This document shows, in pieces, positions 1-10,000 of a stretch of 44,384 nt of DNA. Position numbers and translations under genes: made by a program. The notes below the pieces were generated by a model. That model worked only from the letters and a program-made list of their open reading frames with translations. It was not told the DNA's origin and did not search any database. The stretch spans positions 1 through 44,384 of the forward strand of contig JAGLTR010000029.1 in NCBI GenBank assembly GCA_023135155.1, read 5' to 3'. The stretch comes from Gammaproteobacteria bacterium. Lineage in GTDB: Bacteria > Pseudomonadota > Gammaproteobacteria > UBA9339. Numbering within the stretch: the stretch's first letter is position 1; the number at the start of each line of letters is the position of its first letter.

Positions 1-1716
1 GATAGAAGAAAGAGTGATGCTATTGAAATAACGGCGTTGCATTTTTGTGATTGCAGTTTACCTGAGACGACAAAACCGGGAGGCCCTGCTAAAGTTGATG
101 AGCAAAGTGATGCGCCGGAACTATTACGCGAATATTTGTCGGAAGCATTAACTGAAAATTATGAAGGGCCGCAAAAAGCAGCAGTTTCAAGGCAACAGTT
201 AAATGTGTTTGAGGATGGAACAACTGTTGTTTTTGGTAGTACTACTAACGACTTTTTTGATAATGATGACAGAGTTTTTGCGACATTGGATGGTATTTTT
301 CGCGGCAAACCTGAGGTGGTGAGGTTCATTGTTAGCGGTGGCTTTCAGTATTTTAATAAGTGCGATTCGCAAGACTATTTAGGGGATTTGTTGCAGTCAG
401 AGGGTCTTGAAAAACTTTTTACAGAATTAAAGACTTTTGATGGTGCGAGACAATTAGATAATGCTGCAGATGATTGGATTAAGCGCCGACTATCGTCATA
501 TACTAGATCTCAATATAAAAATAATGAGGCCGTTAGTGTTTTTGACCTCTTCAAAGATAAGTACGCAGATGGCTTTCAGATTGTTCCTACGCAAGATTTG
601 CATGCTGATGAAAATTTTATATGGGCCCGAGGGGTTATTCAGCAATTGTTAGTGCCTGATTCTTCACCGGAGAGTGTTGAAAAATCTAAATCTTTTTTAC
701 GTCATGTGCAGTTAACTGCGATGGGGTTTGAGCATAGAAAATTACGGACGCTGCTTCTTTCTGAGTTAGATAAGTTGAGCAATGGGAACACTCAGGAGAG
801 TAGAGATAATAAAAGAGTACTAAGAGGGTTGCTGAGTAGATTGAAGAGCCAAGAGTTGCAAGTTGATGGCAAAGCTGCTTTGTTGAGAGAGATTGGCCAA
901 GTCTTATGTGGCTTGGGTAACGCCAGTAATTTTGAAAACCAGGCGAAGAATTATCAAGTAACGGTTATATTAGAAAGTGTTTATTTTTTGATGGAGCTTA
1001 ATAGGGATATTAATAATATTGCATATCCTTCAAGAGAGGCTGCTGTTTTTGCCTTTTTGCGTAATAACTTCCACTATATAACAGATAAAAAAGGCTATAT
1101 TACTCCCTCTTGGCAGAGAATAGTTTATGGTAGAGATCAGCGAAGTATCGATTCTTTTGATCCTCATGAAAACCCTGAGTTGTACCATGGTTTTGGTTAT
1201 AGCATGAGGGGTGAGCTTATTAAGGTTGCTCAGCATCGTAATGCCTCAGATTTAGTTGATGCTTTAAAGTCGCATCAGCTAATTAGTAATTTAGTTATTA
1301 ATTTAAATGGCGGCGTTGGTGAGTATAAAGGGACGTTTGATAATATCATTGCATTTGCGTATGCTTGCCTTTCGACGGGTTTAGATGAAACGGATGTTGT
1401 CATGATGACTATTGTTAGTAAAATTTTGCGTTCGTTAAAAGAAGATTTTAATGCTATTCAGACAAGTCAATTGAAGGAATTGACGCAAGAATATCAAGAT
1501 GATTGGTGTATTATAAAAGAAGACAAGACTAATCGAGCTGACGGTAGGGCAAATGGGAATGACTCGGTTTCTCCACCAAGGAGGGCTTCTAATGGGGCTT
1601 CTTCTTATAAGCGGGATCACAAACTTTACACATTATTTGGGCAGTATCAAATTAAACCTGTTGATGATGTTGCAGAAGAGTTTGTGGCTAATGCAGCTAT
1701 TCCCTCTTCTCCGTAG
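1..1716 (+). CDS. hypothetical protein, probably 5'-truncated by the window edge (orphan, effector-like)
   Basis: Frame 1 is open from base 1 to the TAG at 1714-1716. The only in-window start offered is a TTG at 37, and no ATG occurs for more than 200 codons, so the gene probably starts upstream. I recognised no catalytic motif, signal peptide or TM segment. An acidic DDVAEE patch lies ~15 aa from a small-residue C-terminus (AAIPSSP). Confidence 0.6.
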   Translation, partial: DRRKSDAIEITALHFCDCSLPETTKPGGPAKVDEQSDAPELLREYLSEALTENYEGPQKAAVSRQQLNVFEDGTTVVFGSTTNDFFDNDDRVFATLDGIFRGKPEVVRFIVSGGFQYFNKCDSQDYLGDLLQSEGLEKLFTELKTFDGARQLDNAADDWIKRRLSSYTRSQYKNNEAVSVFDLFKDKYADGFQIVPTQDLHADENFIWARGVIQQLLVPDSSPESVEKSKSFLRHVQLTAMGFEHRKLRTLLLSELDKLSNGNTQESRDNKRVLRGLLSRLKSQELQVDGKAALLREIGQVLCGLGNASNFENQAKNYQVTVILESVYFLMELNRDINNIAYPSREAAVFAFLRNNFHYITDKKGYITPSWQRIVYGRDQRSIDSFDPHENPELYHGFGYSMRGELIKVAQHRNASDLVDALKSHQLISNLVINLNGGVGEYKGTFDNIIAFAYACLSTGLDETDVVMMTIVSKILRSLKEDFNAIQTSQLKELTQEYQDDWCIIKEDKTNRADGRANGNDSVSPPRRASNGASSYKRDHKLYTLFGQYQIKPVDDVAEEFVANAAIPSSP

Positions 1717-1717
1717 A

Positions 1718-3820
1718 TTATTTGTTTGATTTCTTATTTTTTCTTGATGTTTTTGCGAGAGCGTCGTTGATTGTGTCTGTATCAAGAGGTTTGGAAATCA
1801 CATAGTCAATTCCCGCTTTTTTGCAGTCGTTTGATAGTTTGCTGTAGATATGGGCTGATAGGGATATTATGGGAGTTTTGTTATTCGGGCTTTCTCCTGA
1901 TCGTATTTTTTTTGCTAATTCGATGCCGTCTATATCCGGTAGTCCTATGTCGGAAATAATGACGTCGTATAAACTATTTATTTTATTTAATGCTTGTTTC
2001 CCGTTGCTTGCAATATCTACCTTATGTCCTAGGTCTTCTAGTTGAACTTTCTCTGTTAGTTGACATATTTCGTCATCTTCAATTAATAATATTTTTAATG
2101 TTTTGTTTGGCTTTGTTATTATAGGCTTGCTTGTTGGTTGTTTTTTTGTTGTTACTTTTTTGCTGGGTAGTTTGATAGGAATATGGCATGTGAAAGTTGA
2201 TCCTACTCCCACTTGGCTGTTCACAAAGATTTCTCCATTTAGCTCATCTATAAATCGCTTAACAATGCTGAGTCCTAAGCCGGTTCCCTGTTTGTTTGTG
2301 GTATAAGATGATTCTATTCGAGAGAAACGATCAAAGATAGTTTGCAGCTTATCTTCTGGTATACCCATGCCAGTGTCAGATATGGATAGCTCTAAGTTAG
2401 CTTTAGTTTTCGACTTTGTTTCTATTTTGACTTTAGTGGTTATTATGCCTTTTTCGGTGAATTTTATGGCATTATTTAGTAGATTCATGACAATTCTATT
2501 TAAGCGAATATTGTCAGTAATAATATATCTAGGGATTCCATTCGGGTACTTGATGTCAAATTTATGATGTTGATCGTTAAAAACTGACGCCGTACTAACC
2601 AGCATATCTTTTAGATTGAAGCAATTCTTTGTGATTGGAAATATCCCAGTTTCTATTTTGCTGAATTCTATTACTGCGTTTAGGATTGATAATAGTCTGT
2701 GTGAAGCGTTATCAATATTTTGCGCATAGGAAGCGTTTTTTTTGCTGGTTGGTTTCTTTTGTATAATTCTTGTGAGGCCTATTATTCCGCTTAAAGGTGT
2801 GCGAATATCATGACTGATGTTTGCTATAAACTCTGTTTTGGCTATATTTGCTTTTTCTGCCATTTCTTTTGCTATTTTTAATTCCTGTTCGGTTTGTTTT
2901 TGCTTGGTTATATTTAGTGATATCCCTAATAGTCCGACAACCTTGTTACTTTTGTCGATGATAGGGTCCTTAAAAGATAAGTATATGCCTACAGTTTTTC
3001 CATCAGGTAGGAATCCCGTTTCTTCCATTGCTACGCGACGTCCAGAATCCATAATTTTATTATTAAGCTTGACAATTTTCTTGGTATTGTCGCTATTTTG
3101 GAAATCACTAATTGTTTTGCCGATAATTTCATGGCGTGATTTTAGGCCTATATCTTTGGCTTGGTTATTATTGCATCCTAGAAAATTATTATTACGATCA
3201 ATCCAGAACACGTGTCCAGGCATGCGAGCTATTATGTTTTCTAGATAATCAATGATTTCTTTAAGTGTTTCAATCGAATCAGATGGTTTGGTGGTTGTTT
3301 GACCGATGGTGGTATTTCGTAATTTTGTAAGAAAAGCAAATCTTTTTTGTTCGGTAAGTTCTGCCCGAAGTTTTGCTTGTTCTAGTTGTTTTTCTCGATC
3401 TTTCATTTCAGTGATATCTAATGAAATCCCTACAAGACCAACAGTCTTTCCTTTTTTGTTTTTTAATGGTTTTTTTTCGGATAGAAATAGTCTTTTACCA
3501 TTTTCGTTTGAACCAAACTCTTCTTGTATAATCATTTTATTATGTTTGAGAACACTACGATTGGTTTTATTAATAACTTCCCGATCGCAACCAAAATTCA
3601 TATCCTCTAATTTTATGCCTTTTATTTCCTTCCAGTGATTTAATTTCGCGGCAGTGGCCTGGTTGCGATTGCATCCTTGAATGACTAAATTCTTATCAAG
3701 CCAGTAAACATGCCCTGGTAAATTATCGATTACCAATTCAAGGTCATCTTTTTCGGTTTTTACTTTTTTTAGCTCTGCGCGCAGTTCTTTGATGATGTGT
3801 TTATCGGTTTTATGTTCCAT
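1718..3820 (-). CDS. cytoplasmic hybrid sensor histidine kinase/response regulator (coiled coil, 2 PAS-like modules, HisKA, HATPase_c, receiver)
   Basis: H-box ISHDIRTPLSGIIG. N/G boxes LLNNAIKFT, DTGMGIP, GTGLGLSIVK. C-terminal receiver ILLIEDDE...ISDIGLPDIDG...SKP. Two repeated PAS-like segments (PGHVYW.D / PGHVFWIDRNN). No TM helix. Confidence 0.9.
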   Translation of the reverse strand: MEHKTDKHIIKELRAELKKVKTEKDDLELVIDNLPGHVYWLDKNLVIQGCNRNQATAAKLNHWKEIKGIKLEDMNFGCDREVINKTNRSVLKHNKMIIQEEFGSNENGKRLFLSEKKPLKNKKGKTVGLVGISLDITEMKDREKQLEQAKLRAELTEQKRFAFLTKLRNTTIGQTTTKPSDSIETLKEIIDYLENIIARMPGHVFWIDRNNNFLGCNNNQAKDIGLKSRHEIIGKTISDFQNSDNTKKIVKLNNKIMDSGRRVAMEETGFLPDGKTVGIYLSFKDPIIDKSNKVVGLLGISLNITKQKQTEQELKIAKEMAEKANIAKTEFIANISHDIRTPLSGIIGLTRIIQKKPTSKKNASYAQNIDNASHRLLSILNAVIEFSKIETGIFPITKNCFNLKDMLVSTASVFNDQHHKFDIKYPNGIPRYIITDNIRLNRIVMNLLNNAIKFTEKGIITTKVKIETKSKTKANLELSISDTGMGIPEDKLQTIFDRFSRIESSYTTNKQGTGLGLSIVKRFIDELNGEIFVNSQVGVGSTFTCHIPIKLPSKKVTTKKQPTSKPIITKPNKTLKILLIEDDEICQLTEKVQLEDLGHKVDIASNGKQALNKINSLYDVIISDIGLPDIDGIELAKKIRSGESPNNKTPIISLSAHIYSKLSNDCKKAGIDYVISKPLDTDTINDALAKTSRKNKKSNK

Positions 3821-3829
3821 GATGATTAG

Positions 3830-3879
3830 ATTATAGCACGAATACCGTTACTGCAAACCGCGTGTGCTCATAGTATAAT
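3830..3879. promoter_or_regulatory. back-to-back divergent promoters with perfect -10 hexamers
   Basis: Minus strand reads TGcTATAAT (plus 3830-3835 = attata), 9 nt before the kinase ATG (3820). Plus strand has TATAAT at 3874-3879, 8 nt before the ruvB ATG (3888). Neither ATG has a Shine-Dalgarno sequence. Confidence 0.45.
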
Positions 3880-3887
3880 CGCATCCT

Positions 3888-4910
3888 ATGATTACTTCAG
3901 ATCGAATTATTACCGCAGATAACCTACGCGAGGATGAGGCCATTGATCGAGCCATTCGTCCGAAGCGTTTGGGTGATTATATTGGCCAAGAGCGCGTGTG
4001 CGAACAGATGGATCTATTCATCTCAGCGGCGCGTCAGCGTAGCGATGCCTTGGATCATGTTCTTTTGTTTGGCCCGCCTGGGCTTGGGAAGACGACGTTA
4101 GCGCATATTATCGCTAACGAAATGGGTGTGTCGATGAAGCAGACCTCAGGTCCGGCGCTGGAAAAAGCTGGGGATCTGGCGGCGTTATTGACCAATCTTG
4201 AGCCACATGACGTATTGTTTATTGATGAGATTCATCGCTTAAGCCCTGTGATTGAAGAGATTCTCTATCCGGCGATGGAGGACTATCAGCTTGATATTAT
4301 TATTGGTGAAGGGCCTGCGGCGCGTTCCATTAAGCTGGATCTATCGCCGTTTACTTTAGTGGGAGCTACCACTCGCGCCGGTTCGCTGACATCGCCATTG
4401 CGCGATCGCTTTGGAATTGTGCAGCGCTTGGAGTTTTATCAGGTTAGTGAATTGATACAGATTGTGCATCGATCTGCGGATATTTTAGGAGTAGGGATTG
4501 AGTCCCCAGGTGCTGAAGAGATCGCTCGCCGTTCACGTGGGACACCGCGCGTTTCTAATCGACTCTTACGGCGTGTGCGTGATTATGCTGAGGTCAAAGC
4601 TGATGGCAAGATTAACCATAAAGTTGCTCATGGTGCGTTGGATCTTTTGGAAGTTGATCACTTTGGTTTTGATGTTATGGATCGTAAATTACTTTTAGCG
4701 GTAATCGAGAAATTTGATGGTGGTCCGGTTGGTGTGGAGAGTATTGCCGCGGCCATCGGCGAAGAGCGCGGCACAATTGAAGATGTATTAGAGCCGTTCT
4801 TAATCCAGCAAGGTTTTATGATGCGCACTCCGCGTGGACGTGTGGCTACCAAAAAAGCTTATCAGCATTTTGGGGTTGTTGTTGAAAAATCGCCGGATGA
4901 GTTGTTTTAG
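3888..4910 (+). CDS. ruvB: Holliday junction branch migration DNA helicase RuvB
   Basis: Walker [12 protein letters not shown], Walker [11 protein letters not shown], sensor TTRAG.LT.PLRDRFG, and [14 protein letters not shown]. Full-length similarity to RuvB. Confidence 0.97.
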   Translation: MITSDRIITADNLREDEAIDRAIRPKRLGDYIGQERVCEQMDLFISAARQRSDALDHVLLFGPPGLGKTTLAHIIANEMGVSMKQTSGPALEKAGDLAALLTNLEPHDVLFIDEIHRLSPVIEEILYPAMEDYQLDIIIGEGPAARSIKLDLSPFTLVGATTRAGSLTSPLRDRFGIVQRLEFYQVSELIQIVHRSADILGVGIESPGAEEIARRSRGTPRVSNRLLRRVRDYAEVKADGKINHKVAHGALDLLEVDHFGFDVMDRKLLLAVIEKFDGGPVGVESIAAAIGEERGTIEDVLEPFLIQQGFMMRTPRGRVATKKAYQHFGVVVEKSPDELF

Positions 4911-4922
4911 TTTCGTGGGGTA

Positions 4923-5102
4923 ATGATTATGTTGCGATATAAAAATTTTTTAGGGCGATATTCATTTGATGTGGAGGCGAGAATTTTTCATGGACAAGTT
5001 ATTAATATTAAAGATGTTATAACTTTTCAAGGAAGAACCCGGCTAGATGTTGAGCAAGCATTTATCGATTCTATTGAAGATCATCTGGATTTCTGCACGT
5101 AG
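4923..5102 (+). pseudogene. HicB-family antitoxin remnant (N-terminal domain only, 59 codons)
   Basis: Translation MIMLRYKNFLGRYSFDVEARIFHGQVINIKDVITFQGRTRLDVEQAFIDSIEDHLDFCT* fits the HicB-like N-terminal pattern (YkGy.g...fd.ed..f.G.v..i.d.itfeG.t..el..aF...vddYl..C). It stops where the linker and DNA-binding domain should begin. The stop TAG (5100-5102) is inside the hairpin element. No hicA is adjacent. Confidence 0.6.
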
Positions 5103-5162
5103 AGACGCCCTACTAGGGCGTCTCATTTTGTTTAAGAAGACGCCCAAGTTGGGCGTCTCTAC
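5099..5162. repeat. family-A twin-hairpin palindromic element (64 bp)
   Basis: gtagagacgccctactagggcgtctca-ttttgtttaa-gaagacgcccaagttgggcgtctctac. Two hairpins bounded by the inverted termini GTAGAGAC / GTCTCTAC. Confidence 0.9.
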
Positions 5163-5222
5163 GAAAAAATTTATTTACATCCCTATTCTGCCTCATGAAA
5201 TTATTGTGTTAAGATAACTCCC

Positions 5223-5633
5223 ATGAGCAAGGAGTTTATTTTTCCAATTCGCGTTTATTATGAAGATACAGATGCCGAAGGCGTCGTTTATCATGCTAAC
5301 TATTTGAATTTTATGGAAAGAGCACGATCCGAGTGGTGTCGTACGCTTGGTGTGCAGTTAAGTGATTTAGCTGAAGAAGGAATATTAACCGCGGTGCGTG
5401 CCGCTCATTTAGAATACTTGCGACCCGCGCAACTCGATGATTTGTTAGAAGTTGTTACAAGTGTTGAAGAGGTTTCGCGCGTTAAAATTACTTTTAAGCA
5501 TGTCGTCCGTTTTGCAGATACGCCGGATGAAATTATTTGTAAAGGTTTGGTGACGGTTGTAAGTCTTGATAGGAAAATGCGGCCATGTCGCATGTTACCG
5601 AAAATAGTGGAGGGAATGACTGGTGACAACTGA
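5223..5633 (+). CDS. ybgC: Tol-Pal-associated acyl-CoA thioesterase YbgC (4HBT hotdog fold)
   Basis: N-terminal IRVYYEDTDAEGVVYHANYLNFMERAR motif, 136 aa, immediately upstream of and overlapping tolQ. Confidence 0.85.
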   Translation: MSKEFIFPIRVYYEDTDAEGVVYHANYLNFMERARSEWCRTLGVQLSDLAEEGILTAVRAAHLEYLRPAQLDDLLEVVTSVEEVSRVKITFKHVVRFADTPDEIICKGLVTVVSLDRKMRPCRMLPKIVEGMTGDN

Positions 5634-6300
5634 TGCTTCTTTGTGGGCCATTGTGGCGAGTGCCGGCCCGGTTGTGCGTTTAGTATTGCTGCTTTTATTA
5701 ATTGCTTCGATTGTTTCCTGGACTATTATTTTTCAGCGTGGTTTCTTTTTAAGAAAAACGCGCGCAGGCATTACTGAATTCGAAGAACTGTTTTGGTCGG
5801 GTTCCGATCTTAATAAATTGTTTCAAAGCTTAAAACGCCAAGGTAATTTGTCAGGGCTAGAGCATATTTTTTACGCAGGGTTTAAAGAGTTTAGTCGCTT
5901 AAGTGATAAATCGCTCGCCAGTCCCGAAGCGATAATGCAGGGCACAGAGCGTGCGATGCGTATTGCGCTCTCGCAAGAGGTTGATAAATTAGAACAAAAC
6001 CTTTCATTTTTAGCGACGGTTGGTTCAACGAGTCCCTATGTTGGATTGTTTGGCACAGTGTGGGGCATCATGACCTCATTTCGTGCTTTAGGTGCGGTGC
6101 AGCAAGCGACGATTTCCATGGTGGCACCCGGCATTTCCGAAGCGCTAATTGCTACTGCGATGGGTTTATTCGCCGCGATCCCCGCGGTAATTTTCTATAA
6201 CCGCTACGCTAACTCGGCTGAGCAATTAACAAATAATTATTACACCTTCCAAGAAGAGTTCTCGAGTATTCTGCATCGACAGGCGCATGGACAGCGGTAG
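5623..6300 (+). CDS. tolQ: Tol-Pal system protein TolQ (MotA/TolQ/ExbB proton channel)
   Basis: GTG start. Three TM helices. Conserved GLFGTVWGIM and PGISEALIATAMGLFAAIPAV. Operon context. Confidence 0.93.
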   Translation: MTTDASLWAIVASAGPVVRLVLLLLLIASIVSWTIIFQRGFFLRKTRAGITEFEELFWSGSDLNKLFQSLKRQGNLSGLEHIFYAGFKEFSRLSDKSLASPEAIMQGTERAMRIALSQEVDKLEQNLSFLATVGSTSPYVGLFGTVWGIMTSFRALGAVQQATISMVAPGISEALIATAMGLFAAIPAVIFYNRYANSAEQLTNNYYTFQEEFSSILHRQAHGQR

Positions 6301-6469
6301 AATGGAAAAATCATTGTCATATGAGATATCTGGTTATGCGCAAAGGCGTTCAGCATACTTATTGATGGAGTTAATTTTACAAAGTAAGCGGGCAGTTTTG
6401 GCAGGAGAGGTTGTTGAAAGTGATGAGCTATTCTCACGACTTACAGAAAAGCTAAAGAGTTTATTATGA
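6287..6469 (+). CDS. small hypothetical ORF between tolQ and tolR; possibly a degraded ParD/RHH-type antitoxin
   Basis: 60 codons (alternative ATG at 6302). The segment ISGYAQRRSAYLLMELILQSK...LAGEVVESDELF loosely resembles the ParD-type pattern SGrY.s.SEyiReLir...l..G. Its TGA overlaps (ATGA) an 18-codon ORF at 6466-6522. The coding status is uncertain. Confidence 0.3.
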   Translation: MDSGRMEKSLSYEISGYAQRRSAYLLMELILQSKRAVLAGEVVESDELFSRLTEKLKSLL

Positions 6470-6521
6470 GAAGTATTGAGTATGCTGTTTATGATAATAG
6501 GCGAGGAGGATGTTCTTTGTG

Positions 6522-6962
6522 ATGAGAACACGCATCAAAAGAAAACCAATGTCTGAAATAAATGTTGTGCCATACATTGATGTTATGTTGGTTTTATTGA
6601 TTATTTTTATGATTACCGCGCCACTATTATCGCAAGGTGTAAAAGTAAATCTGCCGAAAGCCGCAGCTAAAGCATTAGCAACGAAAGAAAAAACTCCAAT
6701 AATCGTCTCAGTCGATGCGAAAGGAAAATATTATCTGAATATCGCGCAGAATCCGCAACTGCCGGTAACCGATCAAGAATTAATTAGTGAAATATCCACA
6801 CAAATAGCCGCCGAAAAAGCAAACAACAGTGCGCGCCAGGTTTTAGTTAAAGGGGATGCGAACGTAAATTATGGAAGAGTAGTAGAGGCTATGGTATTGC
6901 TGCAACATGCAGGCGTGCCTCGGGTTGGATTGATGACTGAGGATAATAGAAAAGGCGAATAG
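6522..6962 (+). CDS. tolR: Tol-Pal system protein TolR (ExbD/TolR family)
   Basis: MRTRIKRKPMSEINVVPYIDVMLVLLIIFMITAPLL is the canonical TolR/ExbD N-terminus with its TM helix. GAGGAGGA (6503-6510) lies upstream of the ATG at 6522; the track start at 6510 is too close to that SD. Confidence 0.9.
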   Translation: MRTRIKRKPMSEINVVPYIDVMLVLLIIFMITAPLLSQGVKVNLPKAAAKALATKEKTPIIVSVDAKGKYYLNIAQNPQLPVTDQELISEISTQIAAEKANNSARQVLVKGDANVNYGRVVEAMVLLQHAGVPRVGLMTEDNRKGE

Positions 6963-7005
6963 CTTATATTTATTTGTTTCAGGTTTTTGATTATTCGAGT
7001 TATCT

Positions 7006-10000
7006 TTGTTTAAGAGGAGAGATGATGTGGTAGTAGATTCTAATTCAGCTGTTTTAACTAGTGACCGTAAAGAGGAGTTGCGCACGCACTTGTATCAATA
7101 TGTTGCGCAAATACTGTGGCGAACAATTACCGCGCGTGAAATTACTGCAGGCTTGTGTGCATTACAGAGTAAAAGCGCTGTATTTCCGGGGACAATTAAC
7201 TTATTTGGTATTACTAACTTGAGGGAAATGGCTAAGAGATATTTTCCCTTATATGGTGGTGGGGATAATAGTAAATTAACTGAAGAAGAGAGCAAGTATT
7301 CTAAAGAATATTTTGATGAGTGGGTGCGTATATTTGATCATGAGCATGATGCTGAAAATGTGAGGTTGGCTGAAAGAATTATTGATTTAACGAATGATAA
7401 TGATGTGCGTGCAGGCCTGTTGTCTGGAGAGATCTCCCCAGATTTTCTACGTAATATTGCTTTGATGTCATCAAAAGAGCATCAGGCATACTATAAAAAT
7501 GCGTTGGTATCTATCGCAGTAGCATTTGCCTTGTCTACCGAATATAGGATTTCCATTACCGAGATCGAGCAGCTCTCTGCTCGTGTTGATGGTGTTAAAA
7601 AAACTGTTGTGGATCAGGTTGAGGCGAATGAGGAGAGGCATTTGCACTTGCGATTTGGTGTTTTAACGCATCGGCAGGGAATTGAGAGTCGCAGGTCGCC
7701 AACGGACTTGAGCCTTGTGCAACAAAATGGGATGGGTTTTTTTGATTTCGTAAGCATGATCTTGGTGAATCCTAATAATATTGCGCAAGTTCCCGGGATT
7801 GTTGACGAATTAAATACCCCGCTAAAAATCACACTATTAAAAGATAATTTTATTACGTTTGATGATTTAATATGGCTAAACAGTAAAATTGGGATAGTGA
7901 ATGTTTATAATTTATTGAAGGTGATTTCTACGCATGATTATGCACGATTGATTCCTTGGATAAGGGGGCACATAGCCGGGGCTGAGCAAGAAGGATTGCT
8001 GGAGAATCTAAATGGGTTTTTAAGTAAAGTTGAGGCGGAATGCTTATGTTTGGCGATGGCAGCTGATATGAACCTAATGCAATTATTGCGCAAAGTTAAT
8101 TTTAATCAAAATGCTGAAAAGGATGTTGCAGTAGATGGCGTTCCTGGGCGTGCAGAGTTTTTGGTAAGAGTGTTATCGTTTATGGCGCAAAATACAGCGT
8201 TAAGCAAGCTACTACGAGAAGGTAAAATTGATTATCTGCATATGGTGCACCTATATGAAGCGAGGCTGACGCTTGCTAATTTCTATGTGCTGTTTTCCGA
8301 TCCATATCTTGTCGCAGCTCTCGATAAGGAGAGTTTTAGCGTGCCGCTTATCTTGCAATTTGTCAGTGCATTTGGTGAATTGACTGCAATTAAGATATTT
8401 GAGCAACTATCTGAGCCTCAGGGTCTATTATTAACCGAGTATTTAGAGGGGTGTGTGGCACAAAATACTGAATGCGCTCAAGAGAAAGGTGACTTTTATA
8501 AATTTAGGGATTTTTATTTGGCTATGGGCGCATCGGTTATTACGATGTTCGCGCGGCAAGATGATGGTATTGATGATGCCTTTGCATTAATTAATAAATT
8601 TAATTTTAGTCAGGAAGATCAAAGTTCTGATGCTTATGCGGATAGAAAATTTGTGGTTGGTTTTTTCTCTGCGTTACAGGGTTGGGAGTGTTTTGACAGC
8701 CTCTGGGGGGCAAAAAAAATCAGTTTAGCTAGTTTGGCTAGAACGGTTGAATATGTTGTAAGGGATAAGAATGGTCCGTTAAATAACGAGGAGTTTTATG
8801 AGCTTTTTCGATTGCGTGGTTTGGTGCAACTGTTAGCTTCGGGCTTAATAAGCTATGACGATATACTGGAAACTATGCAAGTTTTAGGTTTTGCAACTAC
8901 TAGCAAGATATTGCGTAATATCTCTCGTGATGCTGATAATGGCATAGCTATTTTTGAATATGTGCGGCAGGTGGTTAAGAGTGTTCGAGATTATGATAGG
9001 ACGGTAAATTCTGGTGTTAACTTGTTGCAATTGGCGGATTTCTATAGCTGGTTGTCACCGGATGAGATGGCTCGCATAGCTGAGATGAGTGTTGATTGTG
9101 TTGCTTTGCTTGAGCGTATTGAGTTTACATATAATGGTCCAACTGACAGTGGTCCTCGAGATTTAGCTTTGCCGGTTGTGCAGCAGGAGGATAGGTTCTG
9201 GCAGCTTTTTCACGTGATTATGTCGTTGCATTATTTGCGTGTTTTGATAAAAGAAAATTGGTTAGATATTTACGCTCTATTTTCTTTGTATAATGAAGCT
9301 CTGCAAAATTCATTCGCTGATACAGATAGTTTGATTAAGCTTTTTGCTGCTTTAAACTCTGAGGTGTGTTATGAGCTTATTAAAAAAGGGTGGTTGTCAG
9401 TTGCTGATTTTCTGACTAATGATCCTGCAGCTGTTACATTGCCGGAGCGAATAGCGACATTAAATAGTTTGGCTAAAATTCCTATATCTGTAATTGCTTC
9501 TATTGGGGCTGCAGGGGAACAACTTGTTTTATCTGATTATCATGCGTTAGTTCATTCGCAGAGTTTAGGCAGTTTATTGCAAAAGAGTGTGATTTCTTGG
9601 GACGATATATTTTTAGCAACAAGAGATCATTCTGTCCAGGAGATAATTTCTATTGCTGATAGTATAGTTGATTTGCTGAAGGATCAGAGGTTATTTGCAG
9701 CTTTATTAAAAACACAAAACTATCGTCATCATGAGTGTAATAGGCAGTTTGAGTTTTTGGGTTTTATACGCTCTTTTCCAGTTAAAAATAGTTCTAGCGA
9801 GCAGAACCAATTGGTGCGTTTAGTAGAGGTTATGTGCCAGGAACATGTGGCTGCTTTAATGAGCTTGCAGATCTCGGTAAAAAAAGCGCCTGACTCAATG
9901 GAAACAATCCGTACGTGTTTTATATCTTTTCAGAAACATTTATTGTTATTTGCAAGCTGGGAGTCGTTCAAAGGGTTTGTTGCTCGTATTAATGAAATTA

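Noticed and set aside
2103-3638. Several 60-143-aa plus-strand ORFs (2103-2306, 2367-2567, 2817-3248, 3306-3638) antisense to the hybrid kinase gene.
   Set aside because: They are low-complexity F/L/S/I-rich translations of the AT-rich antisense strand of a well-supported CDS. They have no start context, so they are shadow ORFs. The same reasoning applies to the other short antisense ORFs in the track (e.g. 13087-13434, 25487-25777, 28740-29108, 40261-40551).
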